From a virus (lineage: Duplodnaviria; Caudoviricetes), in the IMG/VR virus record IMGVR_UViG_3300040811_000504, positions 2,732 through 66,731 of that record: a stretch of 64,000 bases of DNA. One strand, 5' to 3'. A program made the translations under genes and the position numbers. The first letter of the stretch is position 1. Each line of letters starts with the position of its first letter. This document shows positions 40,029-48,759 of this stretch, in pieces. Under the pieces are notes generated by a model. It was not told the DNA's origin, did not search any database, and worked only from the letters and a program-made list of their open reading frames with translations.

Positions 40029-40737
40029 TACTATCCTTTAATTTATACATCACTGTAATATGACCTGTTTTGTTGTACTCAGTATAAAGTTCTGCATAAA
40101 TAAGTTTTAATCTACCAACTACCTTTGTGATATACTGAGTATGAACTCCAGTTCTCTCTCTAATAAGTATATAAAGTGCTTTCTTATTGTACGAATATAA
40201 ATCGTTTCTGTTTTTAAATAACTCATTTATAGAATCTGCTATTGCCTTATCTCTATCTTTTACAAATAAATTATCCAAATGATAATCAATGTATTGAGTG
40301 TAGTGGTCTATAAAATCTGATTTAGATTCTTGCATTTGTTGACTAACCACCTCATTAACAATATTACGAGATGAATCAACTTTGGTTAAATCATCTCTAG
40401 ATTTCATTCGTGCATAGTTGGCATTGTTTTCATTGAACAAATAGTTTCTTGCTACTACTGTAAAATATGAAAATGCTCTACCATTATCACCATTAAACTT
40501 ATGAATCTTTTCATTAAGAAACGCAACTACATTTGCTTTAACATCCTCATATGGTACATCAAAATAATAGGTTTTGTAAGTGTGTATTACGTTCTCTGAT
40601 AATTTATCAAATGGGTAATGTATAAATCTGTTATAGATTTTATTTTTTAGTTTCTGGTCATCACATCCATTATATGCGTTAATAGCAATCTCAGTAATCT
40701 TTGTGAAATATCTTTTATTCTTTCTCTTCCTCGGCAT
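40021..40737 (-). CDS. Putative late sigma factor (T4 gp55-like)
   Basis: ...KIHKFN...AFSYFTVVARNYL resembles the gp55 region-2 motif (NPFAYFT); YFT N-terminus. Confidence 0.5.
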   Translation of the reverse strand: MPRKRKNKRYFTKITEIAINAYNGCDDQKLKNKIYNRFIHYPFDKLSENVIHTYKTYYFDVPYEDVKANVVAFLNEKIHKFNGDNGRAFSYFTVVARNYLFNENNANYARMKSRDDLTKVDSSRNIVNEVVSQQMQESKSDFIDHYTQYIDYHLDNLFVKDRDKAIADSINELFKNRNDLYSYNKKALYILIRERTGVHTQYITKVVGRLKLIYAELYTEYNKTGHITVMYKLKDSNG

Positions 40738-41008
40738 CTAAGTTATATGTTTCGTTTAATTGTTCCAATGCGGATTTAATCTCTTCAAAGATATACCCAC
40801 TCTCATCATCAGCCTCAAACGAACCTAACCTATCCACCTTCTTCATTCTACCATATGCATTTTTCATAGATGTATATGTAGACTCTAAATACGTGTCTGC
40901 GAACTCCACCTCATCTTCTAATGCTTCGTTTTTACGAAGGAGATTGTATGTTGTGTATCCTAATAGTAAGGTTGAAACTGATAATATTACTATGAATAAT
41001 AATTCCAT
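40715..41008 (-). CDS. Single-TM coiled-coil protein
   Basis: N-terminal hydrophobic helix. Confidence 0.6.
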   Translation of the reverse strand: MELLFIVILSVSTLLLGYTTYNLLRKNEALEDEVEFADTYLESTYTSMKNAYGRMKKVDRLGSFEADDESGYIFEEIKSALEQLNETYNLDAEEEKE

Positions 41009-41010
41009 AA

Positions 41011-41781
41011 TTATGCTTCCTCTACTTCACCAAAGATAGATTTAAAATCAATCTTCTCCGGCATAGTTACGTTTTCTAATTTTTGTTTCTTAGTTGGTCT
41101 ACCACCTACATTTTTTGGAGATTCACCTTGCTTTAATTTTCTCCATCTCTCCCATTCGAATCTAGTAGCCATAATATCAGCTTGGTGCATCAAAAATGGA
41201 AATGATGATTTAAGAGCTTTATTAGGGTCATATGAAATATAATATTCTTTATTAGCTTCATCGTATAACCCATCAGTAAGTTGAATGGCAATCCATTCGT
41301 TTTCCTCAACTTTTACTCCAAACTGATTTAATAACCAAAATGTTCTTCCTGTCAAATTCATAAAGTTCATATCTGGGTTTGCTTTGTATATTTTACCTTG
41401 ATTCTCAATATGCCATTGAGAGTCATTTGGTAAGTACCAACTCTCATCCAATGTCCCAACCTTACCCAAATCGTGATGGAGTGCTGAGAAGATTACGTTT
41501 TCTTTTGTAAACTCACCCAACCCAATTCCTAATTCCGTATACAGGTCATACAACTTAACTGCATTTCGAGTAACCCTCAAAATATGGTCAATATATCCAC
41601 CAGCAAATGCATTATGGAAATGTTCCATTGATGATGCTGGTGTAAGGATTATTCTATCCTCAAGATGGTCATACATTTTGTTAAGAGCTTCTAATCTCTC
41701 ACCTGTAAACGTTTGGTTAATTAACTTACGAAACTTTTCGTAGTTTTCTGCTATTTGATTTTCATCTAAAATGTGTATCAT
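41011..41781 (-). CDS. HD-domain phosphohydrolase
   Basis: H.AF.GG..DH, HHDLGK, HQAD. Confidence 0.85.
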   Translation of the reverse strand: MIHILDENQIAENYEKFRKLINQTFTGERLEALNKMYDHLEDRIILTPASSMEHFHNAFAGGYIDHILRVTRNAVKLYDLYTELGIGLGEFTKENVIFSALHHDLGKVGTLDESWYLPNDSQWHIENQGKIYKANPDMNFMNLTGRTFWLLNQFGVKVEENEWIAIQLTDGLYDEANKEYYISYDPNKALKSSFPFLMHQADIMATRFEWERWRKLKQGESPKNVGGRPTKKQKLENVTMPEKIDFKSIFGEVEEA

Positions 41782-41797
41782 AACTTTTAATTTTTAT

Positions 41798-42094
41798 TTA
41801 TTTTTCTTCTAATACAGATAACAACTCACTTTCTCTATAAATGTTATAAGTATCTTTACCATTTCGGTGTTTAAATCCAGTTCCCTCTAACAGAACTAAA
41901 TCACCGACCTTAACGGTCATTGGGATTGAATCTCCCGTCTGAGTAAATAACCCATTACCAACTGCGATAACTTCACCCAACATTGTGGTATCTGAACCAG
42001 ATGGTTTGTATAAACCACCTGCTGTTTTTTCATCGTGTCGTTTTACAATTTTTACGACAACTCTATCTCCTAAAGGTTTGTAACTAAATTCCAT
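41798..42094 (-). CDS. groES: Co-chaperonin GroES
   Basis: PLGDRVVVK...TAGGL...GEVIAVGNG...VKVGDLVL...RESELL. Confidence 0.92.
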   Translation of the reverse strand: MEFSYKPLGDRVVVKIVKRHDEKTAGGLYKPSGSDTTMLGEVIAVGNGLFTQTGDSIPMTVKVGDLVLLEGTGFKHRNGKDTYNIYRESELLSVLEEK

Positions 42095-42097
42095 ATC

Positions 42098-42739
42098 TTA
42101 AATTATTTTATCGATTATACCTAATTCTAATGCATCGTTTGCTGATAAGAAGTAATCGTTTTGTTGATTCTCTTCCCACCACTTCTTATCCTTCTTTGTA
42201 CACTCTTCCATAATTGTATTACAATCATCTTCTAATTGTTCTGCAAACTTTGCGTTTGATTTTAAATCTGAAAGTTTACCTGCTGCGAATGATGATAGTT
42301 GGTGAACCATAATCTTAGAATGTTTAGATGCTGCTCTAACACCAGTACCTGCTGCGAGTAATAACGCTGCTGCACTCATTGCTGAACCTCTACATACAAT
42401 GTTGGTTTTAATACCTTCGTTGGTATCTAATGACCGAATGTAATCTATTAATCCTAAAGTTTCAACAACATCACCACCTGGTGAGTTAAGAAGAATTGTT
42501 ATTGATTTTAAATCTGAGTTTATTTTTCTAAGTAATCTTACTTTCGATATAACATCAAATGTTAAACCTTGAATGATTTCGTCTTGAACTAAAATAACAT
42601 TATCTCTGATATCTAATCCATAATCGAACTCTCTAAACTCTTGAAACCACTTCTCTTTTTCAGATGGAGTAGTTTCGTATCTTGCTTCAATATTACCACC
42701 AGTTGTAGTGGTTCTACCTTCGTTATACAAATCACTCAT
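42098..42739 (-). CDS. clpP: ClpP-family protease subunit
   Basis: NSPGGDV, AMSAAALL (Ser), MVHQ (His), NDYFLSA (Asp), LGIID. Confidence 0.88.
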   Translation of the reverse strand: MSDLYNEGRTTTTGGNIEARYETTPSEKEKWFQEFREFDYGLDIRDNVILVQDEIIQGLTFDVISKVRLLRKINSDLKSITILLNSPGGDVVETLGLIDYIRSLDTNEGIKTNIVCRGSAMSAAALLLAAGTGVRAASKHSKIMVHQLSSFAAGKLSDLKSNAKFAEQLEDDCNTIMEECTKKDKKWWEENQQNDYFLSANDALELGIIDKII

Positions 42740-42774
42740 AATTTTTTAAAGCCTTTTTTTAAAGTTTGTTTATA

Positions 42775-42806
42775 CAAATATACGAATAAAATTTGAATTA
42801 TCCAAA
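42775..42806 (-). promoter_or_regulatory. Bacteroidota consensus promoter (clpP-groES-HD-sigma)
   Basis: TTTG-N20-TATATTTG. Confidence 0.8.
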
Positions 42807-42807
42807 T

Positions 42808-43917
42808 TTATTTTCTACCTTCTGCTGCTGCAACCGAATCATTGTATTTCTTTTTTGTAGGTTCGCCATATATGTTTATGGTATCTTTATCAGTAGGTAT
42901 GAATTTTACCTCTTCGATTTCTTCTTTATGGCCTTCCACCTTTTCTTTTGGAGTTTCTTTTCTTTTTTCTCCCACTTCTGGTTTAGGTACTGATATTGAT
43001 TCCCCAACCGTCTCATCATTGATGGGTACTTCCACAATCCTAGTATCCCTAAACAACTGAGTGTTAGTACTATTACTATTTCTATATTCATCCTTATTTA
43101 AAAGTTTATTTAATGCGATTACCATTGAGATTGCAAGCGGGTCAAATACAAATACAATTAGTAGTGTAAACCAGTTTACAATCACCCCCATTGATTTTCC
43201 TGTAATCTCCGCCATATATCGTAATGGGCCAACTTCTGCTGCAATCTCATTGTTTGATTCTAAATCTAAAATCTTCAAATCCAATTTGGTTATTGAATCT
43301 GTTAATGCTTCCATTTTAATTGATACACCATCACGTTGTTTTTTCATATCGTTTAATTGTTCAGTAAGAACTCTACGAGTGGATGATGATGTGGTGGTTA
43401 TAATCTCACCGGTCTCTCTATCTTTGTACTGAATAGTGTTATTAGATAACCCTTTGGTGAGTTCTGTAATAGAACCATTTAACTGAGTTCTTTCCAATGT
43501 ATATCCATTTAGAGATTCTTCAAATCTACTTTTCTTTAGTTCAACAACTTCAACTTGCTTATCTAATACTCCTAATTGGTCAGCAGTTTTTTGATATGCT
43601 GATGTTAGGAATCCATAGATACCTGCGGATGTGATTAACATAAGTGTTACTAATGCTATTGTGAGATACCACCTCATCCAACCAGCACGTTTCCAATGGT
43701 TGTGTAGGTATGATGCGAGTATAAGTTTAGAGAACTCTAAAGCAGATGCCATAATGATAACTTCAAATCGTGCACCAGCAAACAAAGAACTTAGTCCAAA
43801 TACTGAGTAGTATGCTGCTGAACCTGCTAATGCAAGGGTACTTAAACTCATCAAAATGATGAACCAAGTTCTTTTTGAAAAAAAGTTATCAACAAATTTA
43901 CTTATTTTTAGTTTCAT
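42808..43917 (-). CDS. Multi-TM coiled-coil hypothetical protein
   Basis: Three N-terminal TM helices, coil, FVFDPLAI TM segment. Confidence 0.65.
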   Translation of the reverse strand: MKLKISKFVDNFFSKRTWFIILMSLSTLALAGSAAYYSVFGLSSLFAGARFEVIIMASALEFSKLILASYLHNHWKRAGWMRWYLTIALVTLMLITSAGIYGFLTSAYQKTADQLGVLDKQVEVVELKKSRFEESLNGYTLERTQLNGSITELTKGLSNNTIQYKDRETGEIITTTSSSTRRVLTEQLNDMKKQRDGVSIKMEALTDSITKLDLKILDLESNNEIAAEVGPLRYMAEITGKSMGVIVNWFTLLIVFVFDPLAISMVIALNKLLNKDEYRNSNSTNTQLFRDTRIVEVPINDETVGESISVPKPEVGEKRKETPKEKVEGHKEEIEEVKFIPTDKDTINIYGEPTKKKYNDSVAAAEGRK

Positions 43918-44049
43918 TAAATTCCTGAATTGTATTTATATCAAATTCTTTCTTATAAGAAGAATGGAGTTGTTAATACAACCCCATAAATCTAATAATA
44001 AATATTAAAAAGAAATTAATTAAGATACTTAATCAAGCTTAACCCCATA

Positions 44050-44952
44050 TTATGCGTTAACGCTTCTGTATTCTAAAAGGGTTAATTCTTTAGCCTTTGC
44101 CTCTATCATCACATCTACATCTAACCCATAAGTATTAATATAATCAGATATATAATCTGAATGTGCCTGAGGTTTAATTGATTCATTACCTTCATGTAAT
44201 GATTTACTCTCAGAGTAATGTACAACTGGTTTTATATCACCCCAAGTACTAGCAGCGAGTCTAAGAGCTTCCTTTTCAGTTAAACCACCTGTATTGAATT
44301 TATGGTGATGGTAATCGAACACAATAGGAATACCAATACGTTCATGTATGTACATCAAATCCTTTACTGAATACATACTAGCTTTATCATCATTCTCTAC
44401 AGTCAAACGTGTTTGTACGGATTCAGGCAATCTCTCAAAGTTCTTACAGAATCTATCCATAGCGGAAATCTTATCACCATACACACCATTACAATGTATG
44501 TTAAGCTTGTTGTAAGGAGTTCTACTTAATCCCATCATATCAAACACCTCACCATGTATAGAAAGGTCTGTGATGGTGTTTTGTACTACTCTTTCGTTTG
44601 GAGATACCAATACATTGAAAGGGCCAGGATGTGATGTGATACGATGACCATATTTGTTAACAAGATGACCAGCACCAGATAATAAGTTTTTAATACGATG
44701 GTAATGTGGTAGTTCTGATAATGGATACTCAGATGACCAAGGGAACACATTAGAACTCATTCTAAAGAACTTAATACCATTCTGTTCATTCCATTTGATA
44801 ATCTCAATTAAATCCCTTACGTTCTGAATACTGAGTTCAGATGCATACGGAATACCTTTTTCATTAAAGGTACGTTTAATCATACTACGATTAGTAGTAA
44901 TACCTTTTTTACCTAGCGTCATATTAATACACGCATATCCTAAATTTCCCAT
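44050..44952 (-). CDS. uvsE: UV-damage endonuclease (UVDE)
   Basis: LGYACIN, FFRMSS, HPGPF, ENDD, FDYHHH, HYSES, HSDY, IEAKAKE. Confidence 0.93.
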   Translation of the reverse strand: MGNLGYACINMTLGKKGITTNRSMIKRTFNEKGIPYASELSIQNVRDLIEIIKWNEQNGIKFFRMSSNVFPWSSEYPLSELPHYHRIKNLLSGAGHLVNKYGHRITSHPGPFNVLVSPNERVVQNTITDLSIHGEVFDMMGLSRTPYNKLNIHCNGVYGDKISAMDRFCKNFERLPESVQTRLTVENDDKASMYSVKDLMYIHERIGIPIVFDYHHHKFNTGGLTEKEALRLAASTWGDIKPVVHYSESKSLHEGNESIKPQAHSDYISDYINTYGLDVDVMIEAKAKELTLLEYRSVNA

Positions 44953-44954
44953 AA

Positions 44955-45089
44955 CTATTGTTCTTTGTTTTTGTGTTTATTTTTACGAGTATATTTCTTC
45001 TTATTCTTATGGACGTTACCACGCATAGCCTGCCATATCTCCTGTATGGTAAACTCAGTCTTTTGTAGTTTGTCTTTGTTATCACCCAT
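44955..45089 (-). CDS. Small basic protein (44 aa)
   Basis: Manual ORF MGDNKDKLQK...HKNKKKYTRKNKHK; below the track cutoff; promoters upstream. Confidence 0.55.
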   Translation of the reverse strand: MGDNKDKLQKTEFTIQEIWQAMRGNVHKNKKKYTRKNKHKNKEQ

Positions 45090-45123
45090 AATACTATAAA
45101 TATACTATCTCTTAATTACCCTA

Positions 45124-45179
45124 CTAAGATAATAAAAAAAGGGGAGTTTTCCAACTCCCCTATGTTAAGTTTATGTTAA
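45124..45179 (-). promoter_or_regulatory. Bacteroidota-type promoter with tandem TTAACA box
   Basis: GTTG-N20-TATCTTAG; TTAACA at 45163-68 and 45174-79. Confidence 0.6.
45134..45160 (-). terminator. Intrinsic terminator overlapping the promoter
   Basis: GGGGAGTT-GGAA-AACTCCCC-TTTTTTT. Confidence 0.85.
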
Positions 45180-45364
45180 GTTTCTTCTATTGGTTCAACA
45201 TCTACAATTTCCTCACAAAAATAATAGAATGGTTCTTTCTTCAAAACGATATCGGCTCTGAGGTGTTCACGCCAAGTCTGAACAATTGGATTATGTGTAA
45301 CCCGAATCTTCCTTAGAACTATGTAGAGTTTCCCCCCTTTTTCTATAACTTCTTTACAAAACAC
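45176..45364 (-). CDS. Hypothetical protein
   Basis: In-strand ORF. Confidence 0.55.
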   Translation of the reverse strand: MFCKEVIEKGGKLYIVLRKIRVTHNPIVQTWREHLRADIVLKKEPFYYFCEEIVDVEPIEET

Positions 45365-45727
45365 TTACTTAACTTTTACCTCAATCACTTTAGCTTTCTT
45401 TTCTTCCAACTTAGGAATACTGATTGTTAATACACCATCCTTAGTTTCGGCGGTAGTTTTAGAAACATCCCAATCTTCAGAAATCTTATAACTCTTATTG
45501 AATGTTCTACTATCATTTTCACCTGTGATTGATAGAATATTATCCTCTACCTTAACTGAGATATCTTTTTTAGATAACCCTGGTACATCAAACTCCATTG
45601 ATAATACATCATCTTCAATTTTCATATTGCGATTAAAGTAATCTGATGGATGCGGTCTGTTCCACATATGTAAATTACCATCCCTAAGTAGGTCATTTAC
45701 TAATTGCTCTGTTGTTTTAAAAATCAT
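45365..45727 (-). CDS. Small heat-shock protein (Hsp20)
   Basis: DVPGL.K.DI.V...NILSITGE...FNKSY...A...DGVL.I.IPK...IEV. Confidence 0.88.
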   Translation of the reverse strand: MIFKTTEQLVNDLLRDGNLHMWNRPHPSDYFNRNMKIEDDVLSMEFDVPGLSKKDISVKVEDNILSITGENDSRTFNKSYKISEDWDVSKTTAETKDGVLTISIPKLEEKKAKVIEVKVK

Positions 45728-45825
45728 ATTCTCCTTTTTTAATGTTTAAACTTACACATAGTATATTTCAACTTGTGTACCATTTTAATAAATTGGAAAT
45801 TATGTCATAATGAACTGACAGATTG

Positions 45826-46221
45826 TCAGTTAAGTGAGATTGGTGAACCTTCACCAATTAAATCAAAAGTTAAAATTACATCCCAAGGTTCGTATTTTGT
45901 AAATTCAACATTTTGATTTGATAGTATAAGACCATTTAACATCATATCGTTAGCAACCTTCATCAATACGGCTAACTCAGAACCTGTAAACATTATTTTA
46001 CCGTCTGATGTAAATTGTAAGGTTACATCTTGCCTTATCTCATCCATAGGTTCTTCTTCGAACTCTATTTCAAAAATATTATCAATATGCTCACCATTAT
46101 ATTCGTGCACAAACTCACCGACCATTAAATCGTAAACATATAATAGCTTATCAACATCTTCTAATGTATTGAAGAAATTGAACTCACCCTCATCCCAATA
46201 TTCATTATCGTGCATAATCAC
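45826..46221 (-). CDS. Acidic hypothetical protein
   Basis: In-strand ORF. Confidence 0.6.
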   Translation of the reverse strand: MIMHDNEYWDEGEFNFFNTLEDVDKLLYVYDLMVGEFVHEYNGEHIDNIFEIEFEEEPMDEIRQDVTLQFTSDGKIMFTGSELAVLMKVANDMMLNGLILSNQNVEFTKYEPWDVILTFDLIGEGSPISLN

Positions 46222-46408
46222 TACTCCTATATGTTCTGTTTATCTCATATGCTAACCAAGCGGCATCTACATTTAGAGATTTAAAATAATCTTCAGTTAA
46301 CATATATACTTTTAATTTACGGAGTCTAGCATCCGAATCAGATTCAGACTTTAGGATTTCTAATATCCTATTCTTAAATGGTTCTTTGACTGTGTCTATA
46401 CTCATCAT
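46205..46408 (-). CDS. Hypothetical protein
   Basis: In-strand ORF; late-type motif upstream. Confidence 0.55.
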   Translation of the reverse strand: MMSIDTVKEPFKNRILEILKSESDSDARLRKLKVYMLTEDYFKSLNVDAAWLAYEINRTYRSSDYAR

Positions 46409-46420
46409 ATATAAATATCA

Positions 46421-46846
46421 TTATTTTATCTTTCCTTTGTATAATTGGTTTAAATATCCTAAAACTTCTTTTGGAAATATCATTCGCTTTGTGTGGAGTT
46501 GTTCCACCAAAACATCTAAGAATTTATGTATGTGGTTATAAATATCATCAGATGATTGTAGCTTATCTTTTAAAACTTTAATCCTATAATCGAATTTCTC
46601 TATATAATCATCCGATGCTGATTCGTTTGATTGAAGATATCTACTTATCATATACCTTTCAGAAAACCATAGGTGTGGTTTTGCATCATCTGTAACTGTT
46701 TTCTTTAATACCGTATCTACGAATTCAGATAGGGTTAGTATATCAGGAACAGCTTCTTCAAACTTGGTGTAGGAAACCCATTCACGGGCTTTCTCCATAT
46801 CCGGGTCTCCTAAACCTAATTGTTTAAAGAATTCGTTTGTTTCCAT
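46421..46846 (-). CDS. Hypothetical protein
   Basis: In-strand ORF. Confidence 0.6.
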   Translation of the reverse strand: METNEFFKQLGLGDPDMEKAREWVSYTKFEEAVPDILTLSEFVDTVLKKTVTDDAKPHLWFSERYMISRYLQSNESASDDYIEKFDYRIKVLKDKLQSSDDIYNHIHKFLDVLVEQLHTKRMIFPKEVLGYLNQLYKGKIK

Positions 46847-46849
46847 TCA

Positions 46850-47140
46850 TTAGAATAATCCTAATCGGATTTTTTGTCGATGTGTTTGTTGAGCCGTTTC
46901 TAAGGTTTCCATAATCTTACTACATTCAGACCATGTTAAATCAATCGAAACGTTACCAACTTCCAAAGTACCAATTGGGATACTTCTATCAGAATAGTTA
47001 GATTCGTTCATTTTATCAGTCATAGCAAAATCAATTGAATTGTAATTTTTACCTAACTTTCTTAAACGCTCTCTATCTTTTTCAGTTGATGCCCCACCAT
47101 GATTAACGTAACCTCTTGGTTTTCCATTGTATCTTTTCAT
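46850..47140 (-). CDS. Hypothetical protein
   Basis: In-strand ORF; late-type motif upstream. Confidence 0.6.
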   Translation of the reverse strand: MKRYNGKPRGYVNHGGASTEKDRERLRKLGKNYNSIDFAMTDKMNESNYSDRSIPIGTLEVGNVSIDLTWSECSKIMETLETAQQTHRQKIRLGLF

Positions 47141-47202
47141 AACATTGTAATTAAGTGTTAAACTATTTACAATAAATATGAAAATATCTTTAATGAAATC
47201 AA

Positions 47203-47493
47203 CTATTTACGTTTATTTCTATTTGAAATTCTATTGAACTTTTTCTCAAAAGATGCGGAGTCCATTCGGTTAGGATTAGTTCTCTCTATATTCTGATGTA
47301 CTTTCATAGTTTCACTAACCACTAACCACGCATCAGAAACACTTTGTTGTGGTGGTATCATATACTCACTAACAACAGAATCTTCTGTTCCAGTTGATAC
47401 ATAATACAATCCATCTTTAGATATTCTTGTAGTTGCTTTAGGATACTTTTTTAGTACTCTCTTCTTTATACGATTAAACTTCTTCTTTTCCAC
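47203..47493 (-). CDS. Hypothetical protein
   Basis: In-strand ORF. Confidence 0.6.
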   Translation of the reverse strand: MEKKKFNRIKKRVLKKYPKATTRISKDGLYYVSTGTEDSVVSEYMIPPQQSVSDAWLVVSETMKVHQNIERTNPNRMDSASFEKKFNRISNRNKRK

Positions 47494-47707
47494 TTTCTTT
47501 AGATTTAGTAAACGACTTTGTAAGACTACTATTTATAAATGATTCTGCGTTTTTATCATCAACGTAAACATTTTCATGCACCTTACCATCTTCTGATTTG
47601 ATTGTGTATTTATATCCTTTCTTAGTTGGTAGCTTTTCAACTACACTCCCAACCTTTAAAACTTTAAATACACTCACAATTACAGTTGAACCTGTTACAT
47701 AATTCAT
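47474..47707 (-). CDS. Hypothetical protein (SH3-like possible)
   Basis: In-strand ORF. Confidence 0.5.
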   Translation of the reverse strand: MNYVTGSTVIVSVFKVLKVGSVVEKLPTKKGYKYTIKSEDGKVHENVYVDDKNAESFINSSLTKSFTKSKESGKEEV

Positions 47708-47716
47708 TAATTACTC

Positions 47717-47917
47717 CTAGCTAATAACCTTTATGATTTTAGTTTCCAATACTGATGTAACTTCGAATTCCAAACCATCGTTCTTAAACTCTTCATGTAC
47801 TTTTGTTTCTGCATCGGTTACCGATACTGCGTGTACACAATATTGTTCCATCGTTTTCTTTTGACGACCCTTGTCATCAGTTGTAACTACTTTTACTTTT
47901 GCAATGTAATACTTCAT
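47717..47917 (-). CDS. DUF4494-like protein (Bacteroidota family)
   Basis: Y..KVK....D.G..KK..E.Y.V.A.S.T.AE... Confidence 0.7.
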   Translation of the reverse strand: MKYYIAKVKVVTTDDKGRQKKTMEQYCVHAVSVTDAETKVHEEFKNDGLEFEVTSVLETKIIKVIS

Positions 47918-47927
47918 AACTTTGTTT

Positions 47928-48335
47928 TTAATTATATTTAATGTTAAATTTTTCTTCTAATTCTTTTTCGGTAAGTAGTGCATATGAACCATTACACTCA
48001 CCCAATTCCATATCTTCGGTAAGTGTATGGTAATACGATACCACCTCTTCACCATTGTGTTGTCTACCTGCTGGAATAACCATCATTTGAATTGGTAGAA
48101 ACACATTTTGAAATTGTTTAAATAAACGAGGCCCAATCTCATCTGGTCCTTTTTTAAATCTATCTCTGAGATGGTCATAATATTGCTCATCCATTTCATT
48201 CCACTCATCCATAGGTTGAGATAAATACTCTTCCATCTCATTTGCCGCAGCCTGTAATGCTTCCATCTCTTCTTGAGAAACATCACCTGTATTCCAATAC
48301 TCTTCTGGTATAGGATTTTCGTTTTCTTTACTCAT
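47928..48335 (-). CDS. Acidic hypothetical protein
   Basis: In-strand ORF. Confidence 0.6.
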   Translation of the reverse strand: MSKENENPIPEEYWNTGDVSQEEMEALQAAANEMEEYLSQPMDEWNEMDEQYYDHLRDRFKKGPDEIGPRLFKQFQNVFLPIQMMVIPAGRQHNGEEVVSYYHTLTEDMELGECNGSYALLTEKELEEKFNIKYN

Positions 48336-48645
48336 AACTTATATCTACATTTTCATTTAATACATAACCAATTTCACCATCTTCAGTTTCAACCTCATTG
48401 AGTATTCCTTTATCTTTTAATTCGGAAACTGTATTATCTACATTCTCTTTGATAATCTCTTTGGTGATTTCCAAAACCAAATCCATAATAGATTCAGCAT
48501 CTAAATTATTTTCAGTAACAACTGAGTTACTCATCGTTTTATAGAATCTAGCTTTAAACTTATGCCCATCTATAAACTCACTTTCAAAGAATCCATCTTC
48601 TAAAAGGGATTCGTAAATATCGTTTGTTAATCCTTTAATATCCAT
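48328..48645 (-). CDS. Hypothetical protein (start revised to MDIKG)
   Basis: A promoter at 48667-48698 lies inside the track's longer ORF, so the downstream ATG at 48645 is preferred. Confidence 0.55.
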   Translation of the reverse strand: MDIKGLTNDIYESLLEDGFFESEFIDGHKFKARFYKTMSNSVVTENNLDAESIMDLVLEITKEIIKENVDNTVSELKDKGILNEVETEDGEIGYVLNENVDISYE

Positions 48646-48666
48646 ATCATAGTAATAGTTGTTTGA

Positions 48667-48698
48667 TAAATATACAAAAAATAAAGTTATTATCCAAA
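48667..48698 (-). promoter_or_regulatory. Bacteroidota-type promoter
   Basis: TTTG-N20-TATATTTA. Confidence 0.55.
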
Positions 48699-48713
48699 TC
48701 TTTTTTAAAATAA

Positions 48714-48733
48714 ACCCCACATCAAAGTGGGGT
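48714..48733 (-). terminator. Intrinsic terminator after the MoxR gene
   Basis: ACCCCAC-TTTGAT-GTGGGGT followed by TTATTTT. Confidence 0.7.
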
Positions 48734-48759
48734 CTACTTTAAGAGAGTTAAACAATATC

